Assembly (NCBI GenBank): GCA_963674695.2
Contig: CAXXGI010000003.1
Location: 960,001 to 1,024,000, forward strand
Length of the DNA stretch: 64,000 bases
Origin: a bacterium
GTDB lineage: Bacteria > UBA10199 > 2-02-FULL-44-16 > JAAZCA01
Direction: 5' to 3'
Each line of letters opens with the position of its first letter. Position 1 is the first letter of the stretch. The translations under genes were made by a program, and so were the position numbers. The notes beneath the pieces are model-generated. The model was not told where the DNA came from and ran no database searches. It was given only the letters and a program-made list of their open reading frames with translations. This document shows, in pieces, positions 40,186-50,785 of this stretch.

Positions 40186-41161
40186 CGCGGGCAGACGCCT
40201 GCGCGTTCTCAGCACCTTTCTCTGCCCCTTGCTCTGCGCCACCTCGCTCCTGGCATTCGCACGTCCGGTCCGCGCCGAGATCATCGATCGCATCGTGGCC
40301 ATCGTGAACGACTCGGTCATCACACAGGTGGAACTCAACCGTACCCTCGAACAGGTGACCAAGGGCGAAACCCGCAAGAAAGCTGCGGTGCCCAACGAGA
40401 TGCAACGCCGCCAGGTTCTCGAAGGACTCATCGATGAACGCCTTTTCAACCAGCTGGTCCTCGAAGCCAAAATCGAGGTGACCGAAGACGACCTGGCGCG
40501 CGCCATCGCCAACGTGCTCTATCAGAACAAGATGACCATCGAACAGCTGCGCGGCGAGATCGCCCGCAAGGGCATGGCCTTTTCCGAATACAAGAAAGAC
40601 ATCGAGCAGGAAATCAAACGCATCAAATACATCAATCAGGTCATCGGACCACAGGTGAAGATCACCGATCAGGATCTGCGCGACTTCTATCAGCAGCATC
40701 AGGAGCAGTTTCGCGGGCAACACAATGCACACATCGCGGAGATCGCGATGCCGCTTGCGGGCATCACGTCGCAGGAACAGTTTGAAGCCCTCTATAAAAC
40801 GGCACGCGGCATCGTCGTCAGCGCCCGAAAGAGCTCCGATTTCAGCGGACTCGCCAAAAAACATTCCAAGGGTCCGAATGCGACTGAAGGGGGCGACCTG
40901 GGTATGATCAGCCTGAAGGATCTCCCCGAAGAGGTCGCCGCCGTCGTACGCACGCTCAAGGTCGGCCAGGTCTCCGCGCCGATCCTCACGCCCAACGCCA
41001 TCATCATCGTCAAACTCATCTCGCTTCCCGAGCTCTCGGCCGAGGACTTCGACCGCCTGCGCGAAGAGATCTACTCGCAGGTCTATGATGAACGCATCGA
41101 GGAGACGCTCAACAGCTATCTCCTCCGCCAACGCCAACGCGCGTTTATTGAAATTCGCTAG
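40172..41161 (+). CDS. surA: SurA-type chaperone/PPIase
   Basis: IDRIVAIVN..VIT, F..LAKKHS.GP.A..GGDLG; precedes pdxA. Confidence 0.85.
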   Translation: MPSRNAGRRLRVLSTFLCPLLCATSLLAFARPVRAEIIDRIVAIVNDSVITQVELNRTLEQVTKGETRKKAAVPNEMQRRQVLEGLIDERLFNQLVLEAKIEVTEDDLARAIANVLYQNKMTIEQLRGEIARKGMAFSEYKKDIEQEIKRIKYINQVIGPQVKITDQDLRDFYQQHQEQFRGQHNAHIAEIAMPLAGITSQEQFEALYKTARGIVVSARKSSDFSGLAKKHSKGPNATEGGDLGMISLKDLPEEVAAVVRTLKVGQVSAPILTPNAIIIVKLISLPELSAEDFDRLREEIYSQVYDERIEETLNSYLLRQRQRAFIEIR

Positions 41162-41251
41162 ATGGTGAGATAGCAAGATAGTGAGATGGCCACATCGTAC
41201 AATCGATTTTAACGATTGAGCCATCTCACGATCAAGCCATCTCGCCATCTC
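41161..41251. repeat. Inverted pair of octamer-like tandem arrays
   Basis: GATGGTGA GATAGCAA GATAGTGA GATGGC ... GCCATCTC ACGATCAA GCCATCTC GCCATCTC. Confidence 0.7.
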
Positions 41252-41259
41252 ATAAGAAT

Positions 41260-42249
41260 ATGAAAAACATCATCGCCATCACGATGGGAGACCCCAAGGG
41301 CATCGGCCCTGAGGTCGTAGCCAAGGCCTGGGCGAGTCTGTCCGAGCCAGAGCGGAAACACATTCGCATCTACGGCGATCGCGCCGTGCTCTCGGCGGCG
41401 GCAGAGCTCGCGGGTACCGAGTTCGATCCGAAGCAGCTCGTCATCACCTCCAGCATCACGCCACCCATCATCAAGATCACCGACCAGGAGGCCGCGCGCA
41501 CAACGCTGGCGGCTCTCGATGCAGCCCAGGAGGACATCGCCCAGGGGGCAGCGGGTGCGCTCATCACCGCGCCTGTCAATAAGGTGCGGCTGCAGATGAT
41601 CGCCAAGGGGTTTCTCGGTCACACCGAGTATCTGGCGCACGCGGCGCATGCGCGAAATCCCGTCATGATGTTCGCCTCGGAACGCGCCGCCGCCGCAGGC
41701 GAGGACGGCCCAACGCGGCACCTCTGCGTGGCACTCGTCACGATGCATAAGGCCCTCAAGGATGTCCCCACGGCGATCACCAAGGATCGCATTTTAGCCA
41801 CCATTCGCCGCACGCACGAGGCACTGGACAGCTACTTTGCGTGCCCCGAGCCACGCATCGCCGTCATGTCGCTCAACCCGCACGCGGGTGAAGGCGGCGC
41901 GTTGGGCACCGAGGAGCAGACGACGATCATCCCGGCCCTGGAACGCGCGCGCAAAGAAGGGATCAACTGCGTGGGACCGCTGGCCGCCGATGGACTCTTC
42001 GCCAAGCTCGGCGCCTTCGACTACGATGCCATCGTGGCGATGTATCACGACCAGGGGCTCATCCCGGTCAAGATGATGGGCGTCCACCACGCCGTGAACA
42101 TCACGCTCGGGCTCCCCTATATCCGCACCTCCCCTGCACACGGCACCGCCGAAGATATCGCCTGGCTCGGCCACGCCGAGGGCACGGGCATGCTGACCGC
42201 CATTCGCCTCACGCGCAAGATCATGGGATGGAGGGTGGAAGACAGCTGA
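41260..42249 (+). CDS. pdxA: 4-hydroxythreonine-4-phosphate dehydrogenase
   Basis: TMGDP.GIGPE, GHTEYL, LNPHAGE.G, AMYHDQGL, RTSPAHGTA.DIA. Confidence 0.93.
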   Translation: MKNIIAITMGDPKGIGPEVVAKAWASLSEPERKHIRIYGDRAVLSAAAELAGTEFDPKQLVITSSITPPIIKITDQEAARTTLAALDAAQEDIAQGAAGALITAPVNKVRLQMIAKGFLGHTEYLAHAAHARNPVMMFASERAAAAGEDGPTRHLCVALVTMHKALKDVPTAITKDRILATIRRTHEALDSYFACPEPRIAVMSLNPHAGEGGALGTEEQTTIIPALERARKEGINCVGPLAADGLFAKLGAFDYDAIVAMYHDQGLIPVKMMGVHHAVNITLGLPYIRTSPAHGTAEDIAWLGHAEGTGMLTAIRLTRKIMGWRVEDS

Positions 42250-42285
42250 AGGGTGAAGGGCGAAGGGCGAAGGGTGAAGGGCGAA
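42247..42285. repeat. Heptamer tandem array (YGAAGGG x5)
   Basis: TGAAGGG TGAAGGG CGAAGGG CGAAGGG TGAAGGG CGAA, starting at the pdxA stop codon. Confidence 0.8.
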
Positions 42286-42306
42286 ACATCTCAAGGAGAT
42301 CATTTC

Positions 42307-43716
42307 ATGTCGCAGATCAAATTCGGAACCGACGGCTGGCGGGCAATCATCGATGAGGATTTCATCCCCGAGAATATCGGCAAGGTGATCCAGGCGTTTG
42401 CCGACGTCTATCCGACCCTCCCCGAGGCGGGCAAACCCGTCGTCATCGGTTACGACCGGCGCCTGAAGAGCCCCGAGACAGCAAAACAAATCGCCGAGAT
42501 CCTCCTCGGAAATGGTATCGAGACCGTTCTTTCGGCGACCTATTGTCCGACGCCAACGGTGGCGTGGTATGTGAAGAAGAATGGATGCGCGGCCGGCATC
42601 ATGGTGACGGCCAGCCACAACCCACCGCAGTGGAACGGCATCAAGTTCAAGGAGAGCTATGGCGGCGCGGCTTCCGCCGAATATCTGGCGCCGATTGAAG
42701 CCCATATCGTGCAGAATGATGCGAACGGGCGCGAAGTCCAGTATGCCTCCATCGAGGGCAACCCCCTCTTCTCCACGTTCGATCCCTACGGCGAGTACCT
42801 CACCGCCGTCACGGAATTCATCGATACGGATCGCATCAAGAAGGCCGGCTTTCAGATCGTGGTCGATCCCCTCTATGGCGCCGGCACCGGTTACTTTCCC
42901 AAGTTATTGGGCCCGGCCGTCACCGAAATCCATACCGAGAGCGACACGAACTTCGGCGGTCTCCATCCGGAACCGATTCCCCCCTACATCGATGAACTCT
43001 CGCAGGTCGTCGCGTCAAAACGGACCGACGGGGGGCTGGTCACCGACGGCGATGCCGATCGCCTCGGTGCGGTTGACGAACACGGAACATACATCACGAC
43101 GCACGAGATCTATTCGCTCCTCATCCTGCACGCGCTCACGAACAAGAAGTGGTCGGGAAAGATCATCAAGTCGATCTCGACGACGATGATGGTCAACCGC
43201 ATCGGTAAGAAATACGACACGGAGGTCGAGACCACGCCGGTCGGATTCAAGTATATCAGCCCCGCGATGAAGGCCCCCGGCGTGCTCGTCGGCGGCGAAG
43301 AGAGCGGCGGCTACGGTTTCCCGCGTCACATCCCCGAGCGCGACGGCATCTTCTCCGGACTCATGCTCCTGGAGCTGATGGCCGCGTCGGGAAAGACCCT
43401 CTCACAGCTGGTCGGCGACCTCCAAGAGGAGTTCGGACCCTGTCGGTATCGCCGCATCGATCTCAAACTCTCTGCGGATGAGATCGCGCGTGCACGCGAA
43501 GCGATGGCCGCCCTCGATATCAAAGCGATCGGCGACCTCAAGGTCGTGCATCATGAGACGATGGACGGCCACCACTTCCGATTTGAAGATGATTCCTGGC
43601 TCCTCTTCCGCGCCTCCGGCACCGAACCGCTCGTGCGCATCTATGCCGAAGCCCCATCAACGGACCAGGTCGAGACGATGTTGATGGAAGGAAAACGCGC
43701 TATTGGGGTAGACTGA
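42307..43716 (+). CDS. Phosphoglucomutase/phosphomannomutase family protein
   Basis: FGTDGWR, TASHNP, DGDADR, GGEESGG, RASGTEP. Confidence 0.95.
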   Translation: MSQIKFGTDGWRAIIDEDFIPENIGKVIQAFADVYPTLPEAGKPVVIGYDRRLKSPETAKQIAEILLGNGIETVLSATYCPTPTVAWYVKKNGCAAGIMVTASHNPPQWNGIKFKESYGGAASAEYLAPIEAHIVQNDANGREVQYASIEGNPLFSTFDPYGEYLTAVTEFIDTDRIKKAGFQIVVDPLYGAGTGYFPKLLGPAVTEIHTESDTNFGGLHPEPIPPYIDELSQVVASKRTDGGLVTDGDADRLGAVDEHGTYITTHEIYSLLILHALTNKKWSGKIIKSISTTMMVNRIGKKYDTEVETTPVGFKYISPAMKAPGVLVGGEESGGYGFPRHIPERDGIFSGLMLLELMAASGKTLSQLVGDLQEEFGPCRYRRIDLKLSADEIARAREAMAALDIKAIGDLKVVHHETMDGHHFRFEDDSWLLFRASGTEPLVRIYAEAPSTDQVETMLMEGKRAIGVD

Positions 43717-46700
43717 CCGGCACCTCGATCAGTCCGAGATCGATCACACGCCCGACCCCCTCCTGATCGTAATAATACATGTCGACATTGACGAGCAGCT
43801 GATCCGGATGCTCCTGTGAGCGCCCACAGGTGGTCACCACTACATCGGTTCCACCGAAGCTGCGCACGTATCCCCAGTCGGCGCCATCCTGTCCACGACG
43901 GCCGGAGGGTCCGCTGTAGGGGGAATGATCCTCGTCGAGGGCATGCAGATGATAGGTCATCGCCCCGCCGGAGAGAAAGGCACTCAACGGGCTCATATAG
44001 CTGCCGTCATCTTCTGATATGGATCTGACGTGATTGAACACGAGTCGATCGCTCCCCTCCTTCTCGAAGAGAAGAAGCCCACCATATTCGGTGCTCTTGT
44101 CCTGAATATCGCGCGCAACGATCTGCCCCAGCTCGGCTCGCGCTTTCGGATCAGCCAGCGTTCGATCGAGGAGCACCAAGCGCAGAAGCGCCAAGTTATC
44201 CAGCGCCTCACGTGAGGGCCGTTCGGTATAGGTCGGATCGGGAACGGGAGATCCAAACTTCACCCGCTCCTTCGACGCGCGCGCATAGATAACGCCCGCT
44301 TTTTCAAGCAACGCATCCCGATCGAAGAGCAGCGCTTTTAACTCATCATCACGAGCCACGCGCCCGAGCAGGGCGATATCATTCGCATGCGGACGACGTC
44401 CAAGCTGTCTGCACAGATCGGCGATACCCGCCTCATCATACTGTTCGGCCACATCTCGAATCGGCACGAGCATATCGGGATCGAGCCGCTTGATCGCAAA
44501 GTCACGCTTTAACGCCCCCACCATCCGCTTCATCGCTTTCGTCTGAAAGGAGCGAGCTGCGTCTCTCCCCCTCGCCTCCGACTCGAGATAGAGGCGGGCC
44601 AGGACCGGAATGTCGGTCACCCCGAGCGTCGGGGGCATCAGAACGTGATCGCGCAGCTCGACACAGAAAGCGTGAAACCCCGGATCGGAGATCAGCGCAC
44701 GAACCTCATCCTGATGCATCATCCCCTTCACAAAATCCCACTCGCTTCCTCCATGAAATCCAATGGCAACTCTTTCTCCGATGATCTGGGAAATACCAGC
44801 GATCACCCTGCCCGCATCCGGATCTTCCGCAATTGTGATAAGGGGCATCAGGGCAACAGGCGAGTCCATCATGACACTCTCATCCTGAAAGGTGCGTTTG
44901 AGCAGACCCTCCACCTGAGGATCGCACAGGCGCTGCGCCACATCCGGCATCTTCTCGAAAAGGTATTCAAGCGACGACCTATTGAATGCGATCGGCGGCA
45001 GCACACCCCCAGCCCTCCCCGGGGTCACCGCCTCCCATTCCACGAGCTTTGTCACCACCGCATCGAGCCCCGCATCAACCATCGTATTCCAGCTATCGAT
45101 CGCCCAGGAATCGACTGAAAAATAGGGATAGATATGCCGCAGCACCTTCATCGCATGCAGACTCTCGGGGGCAAGGACACGATCGATTTCATCCTTGCCC
45201 ATTTGAAGGTAATCGCTCAGCGCACTCAGCGAAAGTGAACGGCCGCTCCCCAGGAGGGCATGCACCTTGCGAACGGACGATTCAAAGGCAGAATCGAACA
45301 GGAGCGTTCGCTCATCCTCATGAAGCTCCATGATCTCGGAAACATCATCGAGATCACACTCGGCGATCTTCCAGTGTTTTTGAAGCCGCCGCCCCACATG
45401 TGCCAGCTCATTCGATTCAACCTGTCGGAGCGTCTCCGGCTGTCCGAGCCAATCGATCACCCCATCGACCTCCGTCCCCAGCGCCACCTCAGGGAGATGA
45501 TCGAGCACAGCGATAAAATTGTTCCAGCGATCGGGATCATCGGCTATCCGCATCATATCCACGACCCCATCGAGCTGAATATAGCGCATGCGATCGAAGA
45601 CCCCCTGAATCTCTTCGAAACGGGGGTGATCGACTAACGCAAGAATGGCATCCATATCATGCCACGACCTCGACTCGAATCGCGCAATAAGATTGCGCAC
45701 GCGCTCCTCTTTCAAGCGGGGAAGCATCGCGACCCTTTTGCGCATCCTATCCGGATAGTCATCGCCAACAAGGTCCGCCATAAAAACAGGATCGAGCCCC
45801 TTGAGCGCAAGGATCTGCTGCGGATCATCGGCCAGGAACTGATCCAACCAGAGCAGTCCCGTCTCATTCGGCCCTACCTCTGCGGCAACACCGAACTGCT
45901 TTTGCAGCATGGCATCGAGGTCACGAATACGCGGTGAAGTGAGCGCCTCAATGATGCGCAGTGACTTTGGCTCCTCTATCTGCCGCATGAAGAAGTTCAG
46001 GTCATAGGAACCATCGATTGAATAGCGGCCCGGATAGGCCTCATTGAGCGTATCACATGCCGCCTCGGCCGCCGTGAGTCTCTCGTGAAACCGATCATCA
46101 CGACCAAAGCCCTCTACAATATCAAGATTCGGGGGATAAGGGCTTGTCCTCCATCCAAAGACCTCGCTCGCCTGCTGATAACGATCCCGGTTCTTGGGAT
46201 CACTGTAGGCCGCCAATGCCCTCGGAGAAAGATAGATACCGACGAGCTCACCGACATCCCGAAGCGGATACGTGTCATAGGTCTCATGCATCATGCGCGC
46301 GAAGGCGACAAAACCGTCGCTGACGACGATATCGCGCATGGATTCCCTTTCACGCCCCTCCCCCTGGGACAGCTTCTGCATGTCGACAAGATCTCTCACC
46401 GAAAGCGGCATCTTTCCTTCATAGCTCTGCAAAACTCGACGCGCATAGGCGACAAATTTCGGGGCCTTGAATTGTGACACAAGCTCCCGCATGCGATTGC
46501 TATCAACATCGGAACCAAAAGCCGCGATCACATCATCGGCCGTGCACGAAAACCCAATATCATTCAGGGCGGTGGAGACCAGCTCGGCGCCATCCGCGCA
46601 GGCATTGTTCATAACCGCCTCGGCCGACGGCGCAAAAAGACGCATCCCGCTGGGACCGGCACACATCGCCCCGAGCGAATCCAACAATCCAGCGGCCTGT

Positions 46701-46939
46701 TCTGAAAATTCATCTTGAAGGGCATTGATCTCATCGGCGTCGAGATAGCCAACGCCATCATTTTTGTTCAGCATCTCGACCAGGCGAGCGATCAATTCGG
46801 GCGCAAATGCCTTCCCGTCTTCCTGAATCTCTTTGAGCTCTGCATCGGTGATGCGCACCCCACCACCGCTTCGTTCATGAAGCGCATTCCAGATCTCTGA
46901 ACGGAGGCGCTCGCCCCCCTTGATCGATGCATTGCCCAT
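43700..46939 (-). CDS. Large orphan protein (1079 aa) with possible C-terminal JAB/MPN-like motif
   Basis: Long uninterrupted ORF; C-terminal EYGG...YHLHA...GPSG...D; no signal peptide. Confidence 0.75.
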   Translation of the reverse strand: MGNASIKGGERLRSEIWNALHERSGGGVRITDAELKEIQEDGKAFAPELIARLVEMLNKNDGVGYLDADEINALQDEFSEQAAGLLDSLGAMCAGPSGMRLFAPSAEAVMNNACADGAELVSTALNDIGFSCTADDVIAAFGSDVDSNRMRELVSQFKAPKFVAYARRVLQSYEGKMPLSVRDLVDMQKLSQGEGRERESMRDIVVSDGFVAFARMMHETYDTYPLRDVGELVGIYLSPRALAAYSDPKNRDRYQQASEVFGWRTSPYPPNLDIVEGFGRDDRFHERLTAAEAACDTLNEAYPGRYSIDGSYDLNFFMRQIEEPKSLRIIEALTSPRIRDLDAMLQKQFGVAAEVGPNETGLLWLDQFLADDPQQILALKGLDPVFMADLVGDDYPDRMRKRVAMLPRLKEERVRNLIARFESRSWHDMDAILALVDHPRFEEIQGVFDRMRYIQLDGVVDMMRIADDPDRWNNFIAVLDHLPEVALGTEVDGVIDWLGQPETLRQVESNELAHVGRRLQKHWKIAECDLDDVSEIMELHEDERTLLFDSAFESSVRKVHALLGSGRSLSLSALSDYLQMGKDEIDRVLAPESLHAMKVLRHIYPYFSVDSWAIDSWNTMVDAGLDAVVTKLVEWEAVTPGRAGGVLPPIAFNRSSLEYLFEKMPDVAQRLCDPQVEGLLKRTFQDESVMMDSPVALMPLITIAEDPDAGRVIAGISQIIGERVAIGFHGGSEWDFVKGMMHQDEVRALISDPGFHAFCVELRDHVLMPPTLGVTDIPVLARLYLESEARGRDAARSFQTKAMKRMVGALKRDFAIKRLDPDMLVPIRDVAEQYDEAGIADLCRQLGRRPHANDIALLGRVARDDELKALLFDRDALLEKAGVIYARASKERVKFGSPVPDPTYTERPSREALDNLALLRLVLLDRTLADPKARAELGQIVARDIQDKSTEYGGLLLFEKEGSDRLVFNHVRSISEDDGSYMSPLSAFLSGGAMTYHLHALDEDHSPYSGPSGRRGQDGADWGYVRSFGGTDVVVTTCGRSQEHPDQLLVNVDMYYYDQEGVGRVIDLGLIEVPVSLPQ

Positions 46940-46947
46940 ACACTCTA

Positions 46948-46976
46948 TTATCGGCAGAACACACCCTCAGGGTTGT
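46948..46976 (-). promoter_or_regulatory. Putative alternative-sigma promoter giving a leaderless transcript
   Basis: Minus strand ACAAC-N17-CCGATAA (GCCGATAA), only 8 nt before ATG 46939; no convincing SD. Confidence 0.65.
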
Positions 46977-47062
46977 GCCGAAGAGATCCTTTTTAGAACT
47001 GGCGCAATCGGTGAATCCCGTTGATATCATGGAACAACAATGGATTCCTCGACGGGACAAAT

Positions 47063-47100
47063 AAAAAAAACGCCGTGCCCAACCGGAGGACACGGCGTTT
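47063..47100 (-). terminator. Rho-independent terminator of the 47119-54227 operon
   Basis: Minus strand AAACGCCGTGTCC-loop-GGGCACGGCGTTTTTTTT. Confidence 0.85.
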
Positions 47101-47118
47101 GCTGAAGCATGTGTTGTC

Positions 47119-49413
47119 CTAAAAATTACCGCTCAGACCGAAGCCTGTCACCATCTCCAACATCGAACCGAACGTGCCGTTCTCACGCCCGACTTTTTTG
47201 GGCGCCTGCGACGACTCATAGACGGCACTGCCGTCGGCGCCCAAGCGCATCGTATCGAGGTCGGTCGCCAAATAGCGGTTGTTGCGATCGGTCATGGTGC
47301 CAAAGAAGAGTCCACCCTTGAGCGAGCCGAACCACTCGATGGCGAGCGTATCGCCCCCGCCCAGCTTCCAGCGGTGAATCGTGGCGGAGAGTTCCGGACG
47401 AAGATAGAAGGAAGCCGCATCCATGAGGACGCCATTGGAAGTCTCCTTCACGGGAAAGGCATCGCGATACTGCACCTGATCCTTGTCGATGACCACGGAG
47501 ATGCCATCCTGTTCATCGCCGCCGCCGTTCATGTAGAGCCAGCCGATTCCGCCGGTGAGCTTGAGCGTGAGGATGTCGTTCCAGATATTGAAGTCGACGC
47601 CGCCGTAGACCGAGGCGCCCATGTGATTGATGCCACCCTCGAACTCGCCGCCCAGGAGCGGACGCATGTTTCCGAAGGACGTCATCTCGGGCCAGGCCCC
47701 CTCGAAACGGGTCACGGTCGTCCAGGCCGCGCCGTCGAAATGCCGCCCGGCAAAACTTCTCGCCTGAACGGAACCGATGCCGAACTGACCGGTCAGTTCC
47801 GGCTGTAATCGGCGATGGCGGGCATAGAGACGATCGAGAGATGAATCACAGGCCTCATCGTCCTCCACGCAGGTGCCATCGAACCGACCAACATAGTCGG
47901 CGCGTTCAGCCGCCTCTGCATCGGCGGGATACTGTTTCACGATCAGATCGCCCTTGAGCGCCATCAGGGCGTTGCGGAGCTGAGCACTATCGACCGGATC
48001 GAGCAGGGCCAAAAAGTCATCCACCATCTGCCAATGCAGCGGCGTGCTCTCCTCATCCAGATAGTCGATCGCCGCCTCGGCGTACAGGGGCTTATCCTCC
48101 GTCTCGATAAAGGCGTCCAACAAAGTATCGGAGACGGCTGTGGCTCCGCTCATCGTTTCGATCTTTTCTACCAGCGCCGCATCGACATCATCGTCGATCG
48201 CCTCGTCCTCCTCATCGACCGTCTCCTCTTCATCGACCGCCTCTTCCTCGTCGACGGCTTCCTCGTCGTCGACGGCCTCTTCCTCGTCGACGGCTTCCTC
48301 TTCGTCGACCGCCTCTTCCTCGCCGACGGCTTCGTCATCGTCGATCGCTTTTTCATCCTCTGCGGAAACGAGGACGCGCATCTTGACTTTATCGATCGTG
48401 CCGATCGCCATGAGGGCGTCCCAGACCCCCTCGGTCGGCGTCTCAAACCAGGCAAAGGTAAGCCCCTCAACGACTCCTTGGTCGCGAATAGCCTTCGCCA
48501 ACGCCTCCGCCAAAAATGAAACGGCCTTGCCCTCGGCGTCGGTTTTCGATTCCGCCTCTATTCGTTGCTGAGCAGCCAGGACGAGCTGCGCCAACGCTTC
48601 GGGTTTGTCGAGCATCACGCCGAAGAGCAACGCGAACGCGTCGAGCGCTTCCCGTCGAATCGCCTCGACCTCCGCTTCGTCCGGCTTTCCCTCCTCCGGC
48701 ATGGTTTTCTCGTCCGACGTGATCTCATCTTTCGCCTCACCGTCATCATCGAACTCCGCCTTCTTCTCCGACGGAGGGGATACCGTAATCTCCTGCAGTC
48801 GCTGGGTGACCTGCTTGATGATCGCCTCCAGACGATCGGCTACTGTCCCCTCGACCAAACCTTCGCCAACCGCCGGGGTCGGCACACCGGCGCGCACGGC
48901 CTGACGGGCGAAGACGCCCGCACCGGTGATGATCCCGTTGTCGCCGAGGATATCGATGAGATACTTTACCTTTCCCTTTTTCTCGACGCGCTCCGAACCA
49001 AAGAGCTCGACGAACGGCAGGACCTGCGAGGATTTGGTTTCGCCGGAACCGTATTTCTCCATGCAGGCCAGGCGCCTCTTGCCCTTCAAGCCCTTGATCA
49101 CGGCACAGTCATAGGCAGGCATGCCCTGCGCACCGATGGTGAGCTTATCGGCGAAGACCTGCCGCTGCATGCGCCCCTCGTCCGTGGATTGAGCGGCGAA
49201 GGTATCGAGCTGCGCTTCCACCTCGCGTTCGACCTGATTACGACAGTCGAGGTATTTTGGGTTGCCCGGATCATACGGGACATCCGGGATCGCCGCACCA
49301 CCGCAGAGAAAGATCTGCAGGTTCGTGATGACCTTGCGCTCCTCGACCGACCGTTCGTTTCCGCCACTCCACATAAGACCTCCTGCACTGACATCGCTCT
49401 CAAAGCGACGCAT
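47119..49413 (-). CDS. Acidic hypothetical protein with EEEAVD repeats and a beta-barrel-like C-terminal region
   Basis: 764-aa ORF; 18-bp-unit acidic repeat near 48185-48350; beta-strand-like C-terminal third ending GLSGNF. Confidence 0.75.
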   Translation of the reverse strand: MRRFESDVSAGGLMWSGGNERSVEERKVITNLQIFLCGGAAIPDVPYDPGNPKYLDCRNQVEREVEAQLDTFAAQSTDEGRMQRQVFADKLTIGAQGMPAYDCAVIKGLKGKRRLACMEKYGSGETKSSQVLPFVELFGSERVEKKGKVKYLIDILGDNGIITGAGVFARQAVRAGVPTPAVGEGLVEGTVADRLEAIIKQVTQRLQEITVSPPSEKKAEFDDDGEAKDEITSDEKTMPEEGKPDEAEVEAIRREALDAFALLFGVMLDKPEALAQLVLAAQQRIEAESKTDAEGKAVSFLAEALAKAIRDQGVVEGLTFAWFETPTEGVWDALMAIGTIDKVKMRVLVSAEDEKAIDDDEAVGEEEAVDEEEAVDEEEAVDDEEAVDEEEAVDEEETVDEEDEAIDDDVDAALVEKIETMSGATAVSDTLLDAFIETEDKPLYAEAAIDYLDEESTPLHWQMVDDFLALLDPVDSAQLRNALMALKGDLIVKQYPADAEAAERADYVGRFDGTCVEDDEACDSSLDRLYARHRRLQPELTGQFGIGSVQARSFAGRHFDGAAWTTVTRFEGAWPEMTSFGNMRPLLGGEFEGGINHMGASVYGGVDFNIWNDILTLKLTGGIGWLYMNGGGDEQDGISVVIDKDQVQYRDAFPVKETSNGVLMDAASFYLRPELSATIHRWKLGGGDTLAIEWFGSLKGGLFFGTMTDRNNRYLATDLDTMRLGADGSAVYESSQAPKKVGRENGTFGSMLEMVTGFGLSGNF

Positions 49414-49414
49414 G

Positions 49415-50785
49415 CTATTCGAATGGATTTATTGCTTCCTGCTGCGCGGGCGGCGGCGCGCTACTGCGCTTCTTCTTCGCCCCGCGAGAACCGCCGCGCG
49501 ACGGGCTGCTGCTCTTCGGCGCCACACACGTCTTGGCACTGCGACTGAAGACGAGGTCCACATCCTCGCAGCGCACACACTCCTGGGTCGATTCGTCATG
49601 CCCCATCTTTGCTGCAGCACAGCTTTCGGGGGTATAGACGCACTGCATGCTCAGCGGATCGAAGATGCCCGGATCGCAGGGGACGCAGGCGCTCTCGTCG
49701 AGCATGGCCATCTGCCCCAGCGCCTTGCAGCTCTCGGCCGTATAGATGCAGGCATCGTGCAATTCGTTGGCAATCGATCCGGGAGCCTCGCAGGGGACGC
49801 ACTGGCCGGAATCATTGCGCACAAGTCCCTCTTGATCGCGACAGGGGTTGAACAGGACGCCCACATTCTTTTGGAGAAAGGCGATGAGGCGTGCGAGTTC
49901 GGCGAGCAGGAGACGCTGATCGGCGCTGAGCTGCACGTCTTCGCGCAGGGCCATTCCGTCCGCGCTGATCAACGAACGCACCACGGCGTCGGCTTCATCG
50001 AGTTTTTGTCGGATCTGCACCTCGATCGCCTTCTCGTCGATCGTTTCCCGTCCGATGCCATTCTCATCGATGAGCGCATACCCTTTGAAGACATCCCCAT
50101 TCACGACGGGCACGACGCTGCCATCAGCGCTCTGACGCGAACGAACCAATTCCGTCACGATCCCCTGATCCGCCTGCGCGAAGAGCCGTGCGGCATCGAT
50201 CACCCGACTGAAATGCGGCTCGTGTCCGGCGAGCGACTCCATCAGCGGCTTTCCTTCGATGCGTTCGAGGCGGTCGGCATTGAGACCGACCACGCTGATG
50301 AAACGATACGTCGGATCATCGACATCCGGCGCCGGTTTCATCCATCCGCGACCGAGTGCCTCCATATAGGATTGCACCCCTTTTCCCGTCCTTCGATGCA
50401 TCTCGGCCGCCAGTCCCTCGAACCCCCCGAGCAGGCGCAAATTCTTCACCGACCAGAGATGCGCCTGGATCGTATGCTTGAGCACCTGGTGAATATTCTG
50501 CTGCTCCGCACTGTGATCGAAGAAACTCGCACTGTCGAAACAGGCGTTCGTCGCCGGATCGCGCCGATCGCAGCCGCTCCACCAGGACTCGACGTGACAG
50601 ATATCGTCGAAGGAGACGCGATCGAACGAATCGGTCACCACCGCCCAATCGTCGATTCCCTCAAAAAAACGATTGTGCATCCAGACATCCTTCATCACCT
50701 CGAAGGCCTGTCGGGTCAGCCCCTGAACGGCATAGCTCGCATCCAGCTCTCGCACTCCCGTCGACATGCAGCTCTCTGGTCTCAT
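49415..50785 (-). CDS. Hypothetical protein with C-terminal Cys-rich repeats
   Basis: CVPC/CVYTPESC repeats; start overlaps the upstream stop (TGATG). Confidence 0.72.
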   Translation of the reverse strand: MRPESCMSTGVRELDASYAVQGLTRQAFEVMKDVWMHNRFFEGIDDWAVVTDSFDRVSFDDICHVESWWSGCDRRDPATNACFDSASFFDHSAEQQNIHQVLKHTIQAHLWSVKNLRLLGGFEGLAAEMHRRTGKGVQSYMEALGRGWMKPAPDVDDPTYRFISVVGLNADRLERIEGKPLMESLAGHEPHFSRVIDAARLFAQADQGIVTELVRSRQSADGSVVPVVNGDVFKGYALIDENGIGRETIDEKAIEVQIRQKLDEADAVVRSLISADGMALREDVQLSADQRLLLAELARLIAFLQKNVGVLFNPCRDQEGLVRNDSGQCVPCEAPGSIANELHDACIYTAESCKALGQMAMLDESACVPCDPGIFDPLSMQCVYTPESCAAAKMGHDESTQECVRCEDVDLVFSRSAKTCVAPKSSSPSRGGSRGAKKKRSSAPPPAQQEAINPFE

